Positions 28,917 through 39,008 of a stretch of DNA of 64,000 nt are shown piece after piece. The notes below the pieces were generated by a model. The model did no database searches, was not told where the DNA came from, and was given only the letters and a program-made list of their open reading frames with translations. The stretch is taken from the IMG/VR virus record IMGVR_UViG_3300027736_000021; one strand, written 5' to 3'. The position numbers and the translations under genes are program-made. The stretch's first letter is position 1. The number at the start of each line of letters is the position of its first letter. The stretch comes from a virus.

Positions 28917-29540
28917 ATGGAACTGACAAAAGACCAACTGAAGCAATTGCTTCCAAAGAATCCCTATATTGACCAATGGCACAATGCATTGGCACAATTA
29001 TTACCCGACTATGGTATCAATACACCACAGCGTATTGCAGCCTTCATAGCACAATGCGCTCACGAATCTGGTAATTTTGTATTTCTTAAAGAGAACCTAA
29101 ATTACAAAGCAGCCACATTACGCAAACTGTTTGCAAAGTATTTTCCAACAGATGAACTAGCAAACGAGTATGCAAGCAAACCAAACAAACAAGAAGCAAT
29201 TGCAAATCGTATCTATGCTAATCGTATGGGTAATGGCGATGAGGCCTCTGGTGATGGTTTTAGATATTGTGGTCGTGGTCTAATTCAATTGACAGGTAAA
29301 GAAAACTATTCTTGGTTTGCTGCTTCAATTGAAATACCTGTTGAACAAGCATCTGAATATCTACAAACATTTGAAGGTGCAGCTCAATCTGCTTGTTGGT
29401 TTTGGGAAACAAACAACCTAAACCAATGGGCAGATAAAGGCGACATTCTCACATTAACAAAGCGTATCAATGGTGGTACCATTGGACTTGAAGATAGAAT
29501 TAAACATTATGAACACGCACTTCATATACTAGGAGTTTAA
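28917..29540 (+). CDS. Glycoside hydrolase family 19 endolysin
   Basis: AAFIAQCAHES, ENLNY, YCGRGLIQLTGKENY, SACWFW, TKRINGG. Confidence 0.93.
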   Translation: MELTKDQLKQLLPKNPYIDQWHNALAQLLPDYGINTPQRIAAFIAQCAHESGNFVFLKENLNYKAATLRKLFAKYFPTDELANEYASKPNKQEAIANRIYANRMGNGDEASGDGFRYCGRGLIQLTGKENYSWFAASIEIPVEQASEYLQTFEGAAQSACWFWETNNLNQWADKGDILTLTKRINGGTIGLEDRIKHYEHALHILGV

Positions 29541-29541
29541 A

Positions 29542-29862
29542 ATGGCAGACCAGAATGAAAAAGGTGCATTTATTGAGAAGTTGTTATTTGCACTTCTTCC
29601 CCTACTAATCGGTTGCACAGGTTATTTGATTAGTGCATTAGGCGCACTACAACATGATGTTACTATACTAAATGCAAAAGTAAGTTTGGTAGTAACAAGC
29701 GACAACAAGCAGGCAAGCAATACAGGTGCTGAACTTGCTCGTGAAAAACTACGCCAAGATTTAACTGAAGCCGTTCAACGTAATCGTGATAGTATTCAGC
29801 AGAATAAAGAACATATTGCTATTCTTGAAGAAAAAGTAAAACGATTAGAGCGGAGCAAATAA
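29542..29862 (+). CDS. Single-TM coiled-coil protein
   Basis: N-terminal hydrophobic helix then coiled coil. Confidence 0.6.
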   Translation: MADQNEKGAFIEKLLFALLPLLIGCTGYLISALGALQHDVTILNAKVSLVVTSDNKQASNTGAELAREKLRQDLTEAVQRNRDSIQQNKEHIAILEEKVKRLERSK

Positions 29863-29863
29863 T

Positions 29864-30142
29864 ATGAATGATAAAAGATTAGCCAAAGGCCTAATTATTT
29901 TATTATTATTTCCATTAACATTGGCATATTTTAGTGGCGATAAGTTTCGTTACCCGTGCCAAGACCCAGCAAATTGGGACAAAGATATGTGCAAGTTGCC
30001 ATATTGTGATGTAACAAGAACTTGTCCTTCTCACATTTTTAAGGGTCAAAATGATCCACGCTTGGGACCAGATGGAACTAAACCGATTGCACAAAATACA
30101 CCAACACCAATAATGCCAACAACTGGAGCGAATTGCAAATGA
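29864..30142 (+). CDS. Exported Cys-rich small protein
   Basis: Signal/TM then FRYPCQDPANW...C...C. Confidence 0.6.
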   Translation: MNDKRLAKGLIILLLFPLTLAYFSGDKFRYPCQDPANWDKDMCKLPYCDVTRTCPSHIFKGQNDPRLGPDGTKPIAQNTPTPIMPTTGANCK

Positions 30143-30624
30143 ACTTGAATATTTTTAATAAAGAAGAAAAGAAATCAGAAGATAACTTCATGTATACCGA
30201 AGAGCAGTTGATGGCTCGTCTGAAGTTCTTCATTGGTATTTGTTTGGCACTTACATTATTTGGTATTGTATTTGTCGTATTGTATTCATTAATCTTTGTA
30301 ACACAACCACTTAATGCTATCTCACCTATCGACCAAAAATTCTTTGAGTTGATTATTCCTATTGCTACATTCTTAACCGGCACATTGTCTGGTATCATGT
30401 TGGCAGGTGGTGATAAAGATGCACAAAAGATGGCACTACAAGCTGCAACACGGCCTACAACAGTAAGTCCTGCACCAACAACACCATCTACGCCAAGTTT
30501 TAGTGGTGTAACAACGCCTGCTTTTGTTGCATCGGCACCTGCACCATCGCCATTTGCACCAGCAGTTACAACAGGATTTGGTGGTAAACCAGCACCACTT
30601 CAACCACCTCAACCAGAGATTTAA
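30139..30624 (+). CDS. Two-TM membrane protein (holin/antiholin candidate)
   Basis: Two TM helices and Pro/Thr-rich tail. Confidence 0.55.
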   Translation: MNLNIFNKEEKKSEDNFMYTEEQLMARLKFFIGICLALTLFGIVFVVLYSLIFVTQPLNAISPIDQKFFELIIPIATFLTGTLSGIMLAGGDKDAQKMALQAATRPTTVSPAPTTPSTPSFSGVTTPAFVASAPAPSPFAPAVTTGFGGKPAPLQPPQPEI

Positions 30625-30627
30625 TAA

Positions 30628-30852
30628 ATGAATTGGTTGAATAGTATGTTATCCGATGGACACAATGGGTCTATCAGTAGTAAAAGAGTTATAACCCTTT
30701 TATCATTTTTAATTTGTGCTTTTGCACTTGTCGCTGACATATTTGGTTACAAGGTAACACCATCATTGTTTGATTCAATGATATACCTTGTAATCGCAGG
30801 ATTAGGATTTACCGCCTCAGAAAAATTTGCTAAAAAGGAAGAACAGAAATGA
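30628..30852 (+). CDS. Small two-TM holin-like protein
   Basis: SSKRVIT, two TMs, charged C-terminus. Confidence 0.55.
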   Translation: MNWLNSMLSDGHNGSISSKRVITLLSFLICAFALVADIFGYKVTPSLFDSMIYLVIAGLGFTASEKFAKKEEQK

Positions 30853-31040
30853 AAAAGTTTTTAATCGCAATTAATATTGTAGCATGGTCTCTTGTTGGTT
30901 ACCAAGTTGCCCATGCAGCCGAAACTAAAAAGGCTTGTGTCATGCAGAAAGACCAGAAAACAGGTAAAGAAAAAGAAGTTTGTAAAGAGATTAAAGTCCA
31001 CAAAAAATTAGAGGGCACAGCTGTGCCGGAGAAGAAATAA
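30849..31040 (+). CDS. Small secreted protein
   Basis: Signal peptide AHA|AE, two Cys. Confidence 0.55.
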   Translation: MKKFLIAINIVAWSLVGYQVAHAAETKKACVMQKDQKTGKEKEVCKEIKVHKKLEGTAVPEKK

Positions 31041-31041
31041 A

Positions 31042-31347
31042 ATGGCAACCACAGCAGAACGCCTTGGTATTGTTGAAACCAAGGTACATACCCTTGATGA
31101 GAAATTAGACGACCTGAAAATTGATGTAAAGGATGTGCATGATTGCCTTGATAAAACACGAGATGACTTGACAGAGCAGCTGAAAACCATGTATGATGCT
31201 TCATGCACTCAACATTCAGCTTTGGCAAAAGAAATCAATGCACTTAAATCTCAGAGAGATAAGTGGGTATGGTTGTCAGCAGGTGCACTTGCCGCTTTTG
31301 GTTGGTTATCTGGCCACATGGAAATCATTACAAAAATATTTCAATAG
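31042..31347 (+). CDS. Coiled-coil protein with C-terminal TM
   Basis: Heptad pattern then hydrophobic tail. Confidence 0.6.
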   Translation: MATTAERLGIVETKVHTLDEKLDDLKIDVKDVHDCLDKTRDDLTEQLKTMYDASCTQHSALAKEINALKSQRDKWVWLSAGALAAFGWLSGHMEIITKIFQ

Positions 31348-31349
31348 TG

Positions 31350-31378
31350 TTGACAATTCAGTAGTATTTTGTTATAAT
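31350..31378 (+). promoter_or_regulatory. Consensus sigma70 promoter for primase (near-leaderless)
   Basis: TTGACA-N17-TATAAT ending 8 nt before ATG 31387. Confidence 0.8.
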
Positions 31379-31386
31379 CCTATATT

Positions 31387-32418
31387 ATGAGTTTAAGTGT
31401 AGAGTCCAAATATATTGGACTAATTTCCCATCGTCTGAGAAACTTCAAGCGTAAGCAAGATTACCTTTGGAATTTCTCATGCCCGATTTGCGGTGATTCT
31501 AAGAAGAATCTCCTCAAGGCTCGTGGGTATGTGTATAAGAAAGGCAACAATCTATTCTATTCATGCAAAAATTGTGGAATAGGTACAAGTCTAGGTAAAT
31601 TATTGGAGAATGTAGATGGTAGTTTATACAAGGAATATGTCCTTGAACGGTATAAATCAGGTGAATCCGGTTTCTCCAATTTTAAGGAGCCAACATTCAA
31701 CGTACCCTCGCCAAGATTTGATAAACTTGACAAACCAAAAATCTTTGAGCACGCCGAGTTCTGTTCTAACCTATCAAGTGAGCATTTTTGTTTAGCTTAT
31801 CTAAAGAATAGGCAGATACCTAAAGAGTTCTACAGCCAATTATTATTTACTTCTCACTATAATAAGTTTATAGATGCCTTGGTACCTAATCATGGCAAGA
31901 AGTTGATTGATGATGCTAGAGTTATTATACCGTTCTATGATGTGTATAATAACCTGATTGCAGTATCAGGCCGTGCATTAGAAACCTCCGATAAAACACT
32001 AAGATATATAACCATTCGCACTACCGATAGTGAAGAAAAATTAGTGTTCGGTATGGATAGAGTGAGTGTTCACGAACCTGTCCGTGTTGTTGAAGGTCCC
32101 CTTGATAGTCTGTTTATAAAGAATTGTGTTGCAAGTGCTGATGCTAATCTTGCTATTGTTGCAGAAAATATTTCAGCAGGTAAGAAAGTTTTAATATTTG
32201 ATAATGAACCACGCAACAAAGAAATCGTCAAATTAATGCAAGAAAGCATTAAATCCAATCACAATATCGTCATTTGGCCTAATACTATACAAGCAAAAGA
32301 TGTCAATGAAATGATAATGAGTGGCATATCAGTTGGTGAGATTGAAAGTATTATAAGTAGTAACACATTTAACGGTTTACAAGCACAGACCAAATTTGTT
32401 TTTTGGAAGAAAGTATAA
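31387..32418 (+). CDS. 61: DNA primase gp61
   Basis: CPICGDS..KARG, CKNCG zinc finger, VEGPLDSLF, FDNEPRN, KDVNEM TOPRIM. Confidence 0.95.
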   Translation: MSLSVESKYIGLISHRLRNFKRKQDYLWNFSCPICGDSKKNLLKARGYVYKKGNNLFYSCKNCGIGTSLGKLLENVDGSLYKEYVLERYKSGESGFSNFKEPTFNVPSPRFDKLDKPKIFEHAEFCSNLSSEHFCLAYLKNRQIPKEFYSQLLFTSHYNKFIDALVPNHGKKLIDDARVIIPFYDVYNNLIAVSGRALETSDKTLRYITIRTTDSEEKLVFGMDRVSVHEPVRVVEGPLDSLFIKNCVASADANLAIVAENISAGKKVLIFDNEPRNKEIVKLMQESIKSNHNIVIWPNTIQAKDVNEMIMSGISVGEIESIISSNTFNGLQAQTKFVFWKKV

Positions 32419-32437
32419 TAATAAGATTGGAGTTTTA

Positions 32438-34228
32438 ATGAGTGATATCGTTCACGGTATTAAAGTAGATTATTCTCGTGATTCATTGTTTGATGAATTG
32501 GGAATTAAAAGATTGAAAGAGTCCTACATGAAAGAGGACGAAACATCACCGCAAGAGAGGTTTGCATATGTTTCAAAAGCGTTTGGCTCTAACGAAGAGC
32601 ATTCACAGAGGTTGTATGAGTATAGTTCCAATCATTGGCTTTCTTATAGCACTCCCATTCTTAGCTTTGGCCGCAGTAAGCGTGGTCTTCCTATATCATG
32701 TTTTCTCCCTTATCTACATGATTCGGCAGAAGGATTAGTAGATTGCTTAGCTGAAGTAAACTGGTTATCAATGCTAGGCGGTGGTGTAGGCATCGGCATT
32801 GGCATTCGTAGTGCTGATGATAAATCAACTGGTGTAATGCCACACTTGCGTACCTATGACGCCTCATCACTAGCCTATCGTCAAGGTCGCACACGCAGAG
32901 GGTCATATGCAGCCTATCTTGATATCAGTCATCCTGATGTATTAATGTTCCTTGAGATTCGTAAACCAACAGGCGACCAGAATATGCGTTGCCTGAATTT
33001 ACATCACGGCATCAATATCACCGATGAGTTTATGCACCTTGTTGAGCAATCAATGCTTGACCCAAACCTTGATGATACATGGCAACTAAAAGACCCAGCA
33101 TCAGGCGAAGTAAGAGATACTATTTCTGCTCGTGAACTATGGCAGAGAATTTTAGAAACAAGAATGTTAACTGGTGAACCATATATTCATTTCATTGACA
33201 CTAGTAATCGGCTCATGCCAAAATTTCAGAAAGATTTAGGTCTAAAAATTCAACAATCAAACCTATGCTCTGAGATTATTCTACCAACTGATAAGGACAG
33301 AACAGCAGTATGTTGCTTATCGTCAGTTAATTTGGAGTATTACGATGAATGGAGAACTAACGAATTATTTCTTAAAGATATTGCCGAGATGCTTGATAAT
33401 GTCCTTGATTATTTCATTACTAATGCTCCTGATGCTGTTCATCGTGCAAAGTTTAGTGCCACAAGAGAGCGTTCTATTGGTGTTGGTGCTCTTGGGTTCC
33501 ATGCTTATCTACAGCGTAATGGTATTGCTTTTGAAGGTGTCATGGCTAAAGTAGCCAATAACAAAATGTTCAAACATATTAGAGGTAAATTAAATGAAGC
33601 CAACTTACAATTGGGTAGTGAGAGGGGCTCTCCTAGTGACTGTGCCGGCACCGGCCTACGCTTCGCTCACGTTATGGCTGTGGCCCCAAATGCTTCCAGT
33701 TCTATTCTTATGGGTAACACCAGTCCTTCTATTGAGCCATATCGTGCTAATGCTTACAGACAAGATACCTTATCAGGATCACATCTGAATAAGAATAAAT
33801 TTCTTGATGCCATACTAAGAGCAAAAGGTCTTACTGAAGAACAAATGCAAGACACATGGTCATCTATTATTGCTAATGATGGTTCATGCCAACATTTGAC
33901 CATATTAGATGATACACAAAAAGATATATTTAAAACTGGAATGGAAATTGACCAACGCTGGGTGATTGAACACGCAGCTGACCGCCAAGTGTATATTGAC
34001 CAAGCACAATCATTGAATTTATTCTTCAGGCCTGATGTGAATGTTAAGTATCTTCATGCTTGTCATTTCTTGGCATGGAAAAAAGGATTGAAAACACTAT
34101 ACTATTGCCGTTCAGAGAAGTTGGCTAAGGCTGATAAGGTATCTAAGCGTATTGAAAGAGAAGTTATTAAAGAGTTAGACATGACTGCTATCGCACAAGG
34201 TAACGAATGTTTGGCGTGTGAGGGTTAA
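32438..34228 (+). CDS. nrdA: Class Ia ribonucleotide reductase alpha subunit (short, no ATP cone)
   Basis: PISCF, SNLCSEI, VAPNASSS, LKTLYYCR, C-terminal CLACEG. Confidence 0.96.
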   Translation: MSDIVHGIKVDYSRDSLFDELGIKRLKESYMKEDETSPQERFAYVSKAFGSNEEHSQRLYEYSSNHWLSYSTPILSFGRSKRGLPISCFLPYLHDSAEGLVDCLAEVNWLSMLGGGVGIGIGIRSADDKSTGVMPHLRTYDASSLAYRQGRTRRGSYAAYLDISHPDVLMFLEIRKPTGDQNMRCLNLHHGINITDEFMHLVEQSMLDPNLDDTWQLKDPASGEVRDTISARELWQRILETRMLTGEPYIHFIDTSNRLMPKFQKDLGLKIQQSNLCSEIILPTDKDRTAVCCLSSVNLEYYDEWRTNELFLKDIAEMLDNVLDYFITNAPDAVHRAKFSATRERSIGVGALGFHAYLQRNGIAFEGVMAKVANNKMFKHIRGKLNEANLQLGSERGSPSDCAGTGLRFAHVMAVAPNASSSILMGNTSPSIEPYRANAYRQDTLSGSHLNKNKFLDAILRAKGLTEEQMQDTWSSIIANDGSCQHLTILDDTQKDIFKTGMEIDQRWVIEHAADRQVYIDQAQSLNLFFRPDVNVKYLHACHFLAWKKGLKTLYYCRSEKLAKADKVSKRIEREVIKELDMTAIAQGNECLACEG

Positions 34229-34615
34229 ATGGCCTACTCAGATAAAGTATTAGACCATTACGAAAATCCACGCAATGTGGGTAAAATGGACTCAACTGAT
34301 GAAACTGTTGGCACAGGTATGGTAGGAGCTCCTGCCTGTGGTGATGTAATGAAACTCCAAATCAAAGTGCAGAATGGAATAATTACTGATGCAAAATTTA
34401 AGACATATGGGTGCGGATCGGCTATCGCTAGCTCAAGCCTTGTTACCGAGTGGGTCAAAGGCAAAACACTTGAGCAAGCAGGATCAATTAAGAACTCTCA
34501 GATTGCGGAAGAACTTTCTCTACCACCAGTCAAAATCCACTGCTCAATACTTGCTGAAGATGCAATTAAAGCAGCAATAAAAGATTACGAACTTAAATGT
34601 TCATGTAAGGAATAA
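34229..34615 (+). CDS. iscU: Fe-S cluster scaffold IscU
   Basis: MAYSDKVLDHYENPRNVG, APACGD, GCGSAIASSS, LPPVKIHCS. Confidence 0.97.
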   Translation: MAYSDKVLDHYENPRNVGKMDSTDETVGTGMVGAPACGDVMKLQIKVQNGIITDAKFKTYGCGSAIASSSLVTEWVKGKTLEQAGSIKNSQIAEELSLPPVKIHCSILAEDAIKAAIKDYELKCSCKE

Positions 34616-34617
34616 AA

Positions 34618-34944
34618 ATGGTTAATGTAACGGATAAAGCTTTTAATAAAATTAGAGATTTAATTGTTGAAGAAAAAGACAATGATAATTTGGCATTAAG
34701 AATGTCAGTAAGAGGCGGAGGATGTTCAGGTTTTCAATATGAATTTACCTTTGATGACAAACAAGAAGAAGATGATTTTGTAATTGAAAAAGATTCCATT
34801 AAAGTGTTTGTTGATTCAATGTCAGCACAATATTTAATGGGAGCTACTTTAGATTATAAAGATGAAAAATTCAATTCACAATTTACTATAACTAATCCGG
34901 AAGTTAAATCAACTTGTGGTTGTGGTTCATCAGTAGGATTTTAA
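34618..34944 (+). CDS. A-type Fe-S carrier (ErpA/IscA family)
   Basis: GGGCSGFQY, NP...TCGCGSS. Confidence 0.93.
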   Translation: MVNVTDKAFNKIRDLIVEEKDNDNLALRMSVRGGGCSGFQYEFTFDDKQEEDDFVIEKDSIKVFVDSMSAQYLMGATLDYKDEKFNSQFTITNPEVKSTCGCGSSVGF

Positions 34945-35582
34945 TGGCATTTATTGTTGCAAACTTACCACCAGTTAAGTGTTTTGTTCGTAAAGAATTT
35001 CTCTATGACTTTGAAAAAGGTCATGGTGAACTAGAGCCTTGTTGGTGGGTAAGTATCAAATCGTTACGAGGCCAAGCGTTTCGCATTGAGGCCTATTTAA
35101 ATGAATATGGTGCATTGTATGACAAACTACCACTACACGCATTTTGTTGGAAACCAATTGAAGGTAATCCTCAACCACTAGATAGTTTACAGTTATGGGA
35201 TTGTTTATCATATGATATTACTGTTCTAAAGAAAGCACAGTTACAATCCATGAAATGTAAGTTTAAGTTGAAAAATGGAGATTGGATGTATGGGGTATAC
35301 CTTTTTACAGTTGATAGTGCCCATCCTGATTTTAATACTCTTGATACTGGCTTTTCCGAAGATGTTGAGGATCACAAGTCTTATAATTTTGTTATGTGTG
35401 ATAACGGGCAGTTTGCTGCTCAACCAAATAATAGGTTGATTATATTAGAACCAAGTAGTAACCCAAAAGAATTAAAGATGCCAGATTTTAAAGTAGCAAC
35501 TAAGAGATGGTCAGTAGAAACCGAGGCCAAATGGGCACTAGGAAACACCAACACAGTAATGTATGAGAGAAAAGATGATTAA
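34944..35582 (+). CDS. Conserved phage hypothetical protein
   Basis: ANLPP, YDKLPLHAF, LQLWDC, NGQFAAQPNNR. Confidence 0.7.
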   Translation: MAFIVANLPPVKCFVRKEFLYDFEKGHGELEPCWWVSIKSLRGQAFRIEAYLNEYGALYDKLPLHAFCWKPIEGNPQPLDSLQLWDCLSYDITVLKKAQLQSMKCKFKLKNGDWMYGVYLFTVDSAHPDFNTLDTGFSEDVEDHKSYNFVMCDNGQFAAQPNNRLIILEPSSNPKELKMPDFKVATKRWSVETEAKWALGNTNTVMYERKDD

Positions 35583-36567
35583 GAAAACAGAAAGTAAATT
35601 AACAGATACACGCAACAGTTTTAAACCGTTCAATTATCCATGGGCATATGAGGCGTGGTTGAAGCATGAGCAATCACATTGGTTACACACAGAAGTGCCA
35701 ATGCTTGAAGATGTGAAAGATTGGAAAAAGAAACTTACACCAGCTGAGAAACACTTTTTAACCAATATTTTCCGTTTCTTCACACAAGGCGACATTGATG
35801 TGGCAGGTGGTTATGTAAAGAACTATCTGCCATATTTTCCACAACCAGAAGTGCGTATGATGCTGATGGGCTTTGCAGCTCGTGAAGCATTACATATTGC
35901 GGCATATTCACACCTGATTGAAACATTGGGTCTGCCTGACACAACCTATAATGATTTTATGGAGTATCAGGAGATGAAAGACAAGCATGATTATGTGCTT
36001 GATATTTCAGATAAGAATGGCACCAAAGAAAACACAGCACGACATATTGCAGTATTTTCAGCCTTTACAGAAGGTATGCAGTTGTTTAGCTCATTCATTA
36101 TGTTACTAAACTTTCCACGCCAAGGTAAAATGAAAGGCATGGGTCAAATCATTACATGGTCAATCGTTGATGAAACAATGCACGCTGAGTCCATGATGAA
36201 ACTATTTAAGACCTATGTGCATGAGAACACCGAAATATGGAATGATGAATTAAAACAATCTATCTATGCCATTGCAGAAAAAATGGTTGAATTGGAAGAT
36301 AAATTCATTGACCTTGCTTTTAGTATGGGTGAAATGGAAAGTCTAACACCTGCTGATGTTAAACAATATATTCGTTATATTGCTGACCGCAGATTAATTG
36401 GCCTAGGCATGAAAGGCATTTTCAAAGTCAAACGCAATCCATTGCCATGGGTTGAAGAAATGATTAATGCTCCAACACACACTAACTTTTTTGAAAACCG
36501 TTCAACAGATTATTCTAAGGGTGCATTGAGTGGTACATGGGACGATGTTTGGGGTAAAGCCGCCTAA
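35575..36567 (+). CDS. nrdB: Ribonucleotide reductase beta subunit
   Basis: FFTQGD, REALHIAAY, FTEG, DETMH di-iron ligands, NFFE..TDY. Confidence 0.96.
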   Translation: MIKKTESKLTDTRNSFKPFNYPWAYEAWLKHEQSHWLHTEVPMLEDVKDWKKKLTPAEKHFLTNIFRFFTQGDIDVAGGYVKNYLPYFPQPEVRMMLMGFAAREALHIAAYSHLIETLGLPDTTYNDFMEYQEMKDKHDYVLDISDKNGTKENTARHIAVFSAFTEGMQLFSSFIMLLNFPRQGKMKGMGQIITWSIVDETMHAESMMKLFKTYVHENTEIWNDELKQSIYAIAEKMVELEDKFIDLAFSMGEMESLTPADVKQYIRYIADRRLIGLGMKGIFKVKRNPLPWVEEMINAPTHTNFFENRSTDYSKGALSGTWDDVWGKAA

Positions 36568-37271
36568 TGTTAATTCTCTACACATTGGTGATGACCCACA
36601 TCACCATTCTTTGTGTTACAATGTATCTCCATCGCAGTCAAGCACATCGAGCAGTAACATTTAATCCTGTATTAGAACATCTCATACGATTTTGGCTATG
36701 GCTTACAACAGGCATGGTCACCAAGCAATGGGTTGCTATACACCGTAAACACCATCAGATGACCGACCAAAAAGGTGACCCACACTCACCAAAAATATTT
36801 GGCATTTGGCGTGTATTATTTGGTGGTGCATTTCTATATCACGAAGCATCAAAAGATAAATTAATGGTTGAAGCATACGGCAAAGGAACACCTGACGATT
36901 GGGTTGAGAAGAATATATATAGCAAACATTCTCGTCTAGGAATTACTTTGTTATTACTAATAAATTTACTTTGTTTTTCTTGGTGGGGTTTACTTGTATG
37001 GGGTATTCAAATGATATGGATCCCATTTTGGGCTGCAGGTGTGGTCAATGGTATTGGCCATTATTGGGGTTATCGTAATACAGAAACAAACGACACATCT
37101 AAAAACATTATACCAATTGGTTTAATTATTGGTGGTGAAGAACTACATAACAACCATCATAATAAACCAGCAAGTGCAAAACTATCCAAGAAATGGTTTG
37201 AATTTGACATGGGTTGGTTTTGGATTAAAACACTAAGTTATTTGAAATTAGCAAAAATTAATAGGAAATAA
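36567..37271 (+). CDS. Delta-9 fatty-acid (acyl-CoA) desaturase, DesA-like
   Basis: Three His boxes HRSQAH, HRKHH, HNNHH. Confidence 0.93.
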   Translation: MLILYTLVMTHITILCVTMYLHRSQAHRAVTFNPVLEHLIRFWLWLTTGMVTKQWVAIHRKHHQMTDQKGDPHSPKIFGIWRVLFGGAFLYHEASKDKLMVEAYGKGTPDDWVEKNIYSKHSRLGITLLLLINLLCFSWWGLLVWGIQMIWIPFWAAGVVNGIGHYWGYRNTETNDTSKNIIPIGLIIGGEELHNNHHNKPASAKLSKKWFEFDMGWFWIKTLSYLKLAKINRK

Positions 37272-37272
37272 A

Positions 37273-37707
37273 ATGAAAAAATTATTACTTGTATTATTAG
37301 CAATGCCGTTGTTAGCATTTGCACAAAAAACTCCAAAGGGAGTTACATACGATGCACAGATTGTCCGTGTAAGTGATGGTGATACAATTGTTATCTCAGC
37401 ACCATTTTTGCCTGCACCATTGAAACCAGAATTAGCGGTTCGTATTTTTGGTGTTGATACTCCTGAGAAAGGTCATAGAGCACAATGCCCACAGGAAGAC
37501 CAAAGAGCTCAATTAGCCAGTAAATACACATCACAACTTATTTCACAAGGCGGAAAAATACAAGTAACATTGTATGCATGGGATAAATTTGGTGGTCGTG
37601 TATTAGGTGATATCATTGTTAATGGTCAAAGTGTTCGTGCAGGTTTAATTCAAAATGGTTTAGCTCGTGAGTATTATGGCGATGCAAAACAATCATGGTG
37701 TAATTAA
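37273..37707 (+). CDS. Secreted thermonuclease (SNase family)
   Basis: Signal peptide; DGDT, RIFGVDTPE, DKFGGRVLG. Confidence 0.9.
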   Translation: MKKLLLVLLAMPLLAFAQKTPKGVTYDAQIVRVSDGDTIVISAPFLPAPLKPELAVRIFGVDTPEKGHRAQCPQEDQRAQLASKYTSQLISQGGKIQVTLYAWDKFGGRVLGDIIVNGQSVRAGLIQNGLAREYYGDAKQSWCN

Positions 37708-37856
37708 TGACCGTGTTAAAGCACCAATGTTCTGAGTGTGATTCAAAGTTTAAGATTGAATATGATGAAAGAGTAGTAGAAGATAATCCTCAATACTGTC
37801 CGTTCTGTTCCACATATATAATGGAAGATGAACTGGAACAGGATGATGATTATTGA
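37707..37856 (+). CDS. 49-aa zinc-ribbon protein (not in ORF track)
   Basis: CSEC...CPFC with acidic tail; overlap-coupled both sides. Confidence 0.7.
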   Translation: MTVLKHQCSECDSKFKIEYDERVVEDNPQYCPFCSTYIMEDELEQDDDY

Positions 37857-38314
37857 TGTGGTTTCATTATAATACAGCAGAACAATTCAAAAAAGAAGAT
37901 ATACAAGACCATTACGGTTTTGTGTATCTTATCACACACATTTCAACAGGCCGAAAGTATATCGGTAAGAAATTTTTTACTAAATCTAAAACGAGGCAAG
38001 TAAAAGGCAAAAAGAAAAAGAGCAGAGTATCAAGTGATTGGTTAACCTATTGGGGTTCCAACGAAGTATTAAAAGAAGAAGTCAAACAAAATGGGGAGGA
38101 TGCATACACAAGAGAAATTCTACATTTATGCAAATCTAGGTCAGAGTGTTCGTATTGGGAAACATTTGAGATATTCTATCACCATGCTCTATTAAGTGAA
38201 CAATACTATAACTCATGGGTGACCTGTAAAATTCACAAATCTCATGTATTAGGAAAAATAAATGGCTCGCAACAAAGCTCTAATCGACAATGTAACAGAA
38301 CTGAAACCAGTTAA
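37856..38314 (+). CDS. GIY-YIG endonuclease, EndoII (DenA)-like
   Basis: YGFVYLIT..TGRKYIGKK, SDW.TYWGS, REILHLC, YYN. Confidence 0.85.
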   Translation: MWFHYNTAEQFKKEDIQDHYGFVYLITHISTGRKYIGKKFFTKSKTRQVKGKKKKSRVSSDWLTYWGSNEVLKEEVKQNGEDAYTREILHLCKSRSECSYWETFEIFYHHALLSEQYYNSWVTCKIHKSHVLGKINGSQQSSNRQCNRTETS

Positions 38315-39008
38315 CAAATCCAATCAATTACGCATACGAATTGATGACCTCAAAACCTTTCAACCACTCACAGAAAACCAAAGATTATTTTTTGAAGCAT
38401 ACAAACGCCAAGATTATTTTGTAGCACTACATGGTGTTGCAGGCACAGGTAAAACATTTTGTGCCTTATACAAAGCACTTGAAGAAGTTTTAGACAAATC
38501 AAACCCATTTACCAAAATTATTGTAGTAAGGTCAGCGGTGCAAAGCCGTGAGATTGGTCATTTACCCGGCGATGTAAATGAAAAGATGGACATCTATCAG
38601 CAGCCGTATCGCCAGATATGTGAAACACTATTTGGTCGCAAAGATGCATGGGATAGACTAGAGGAACAAGGCCACATTGAGTTTATATCTACATCATTCA
38701 TTCGTGGTATGTCATTTGATAATGCCATTATTATTGTAGATGAAATGCAGAACCTTACCTTTGAAGAAATTGATACAGTAATGACCCGTGTTGGCCATAT
38801 GTCAAAGATTATTTGGTGTGGTGATTACCGACAAACTGATTTGAATAAGAAAAAAAATGATATGTCAGGCATATTGAAGTTTTTTGATATTGCCATGCAT
38901 ATGAAGGCATTTACCAAAATTGAATTTACCGCTGATGACATTGTTCGGTCAAGTTTAGTGAAGGATTATATTTTGGCGAAAATTCAACACGAAGATAATA
39001 TCACTTGA
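38262..39008 (+). CDS. phoH: PhoH-like ATPase
   Basis: GVAGTGKT, GHLPG, FIRGMSF, DEMQN, GDYRQTD, DIVRS. Confidence 0.95.
   Translation: MARNKALIDNVTELKPVNKSNQLRIRIDDLKTFQPLTENQRLFFEAYKRQDYFVALHGVAGTGKTFCALYKALEEVLDKSNPFTKIIVVRSAVQSREIGHLPGDVNEKMDIYQQPYRQICETLFGRKDAWDRLEEQGHIEFISTSFIRGMSFDNAIIIVDEMQNLTFEEIDTVMTRVGHMSKIIWCGDYRQTDLNKKKNDMSGILKFFDIAMHMKAFTKIEFTADDIVRSSLVKDYILAKIQHEDNIT

Noticed and set aside
32438-36567. Introns or inteins in nrdA/nrdB
   Set aside because: ORFs are continuous and of normal length
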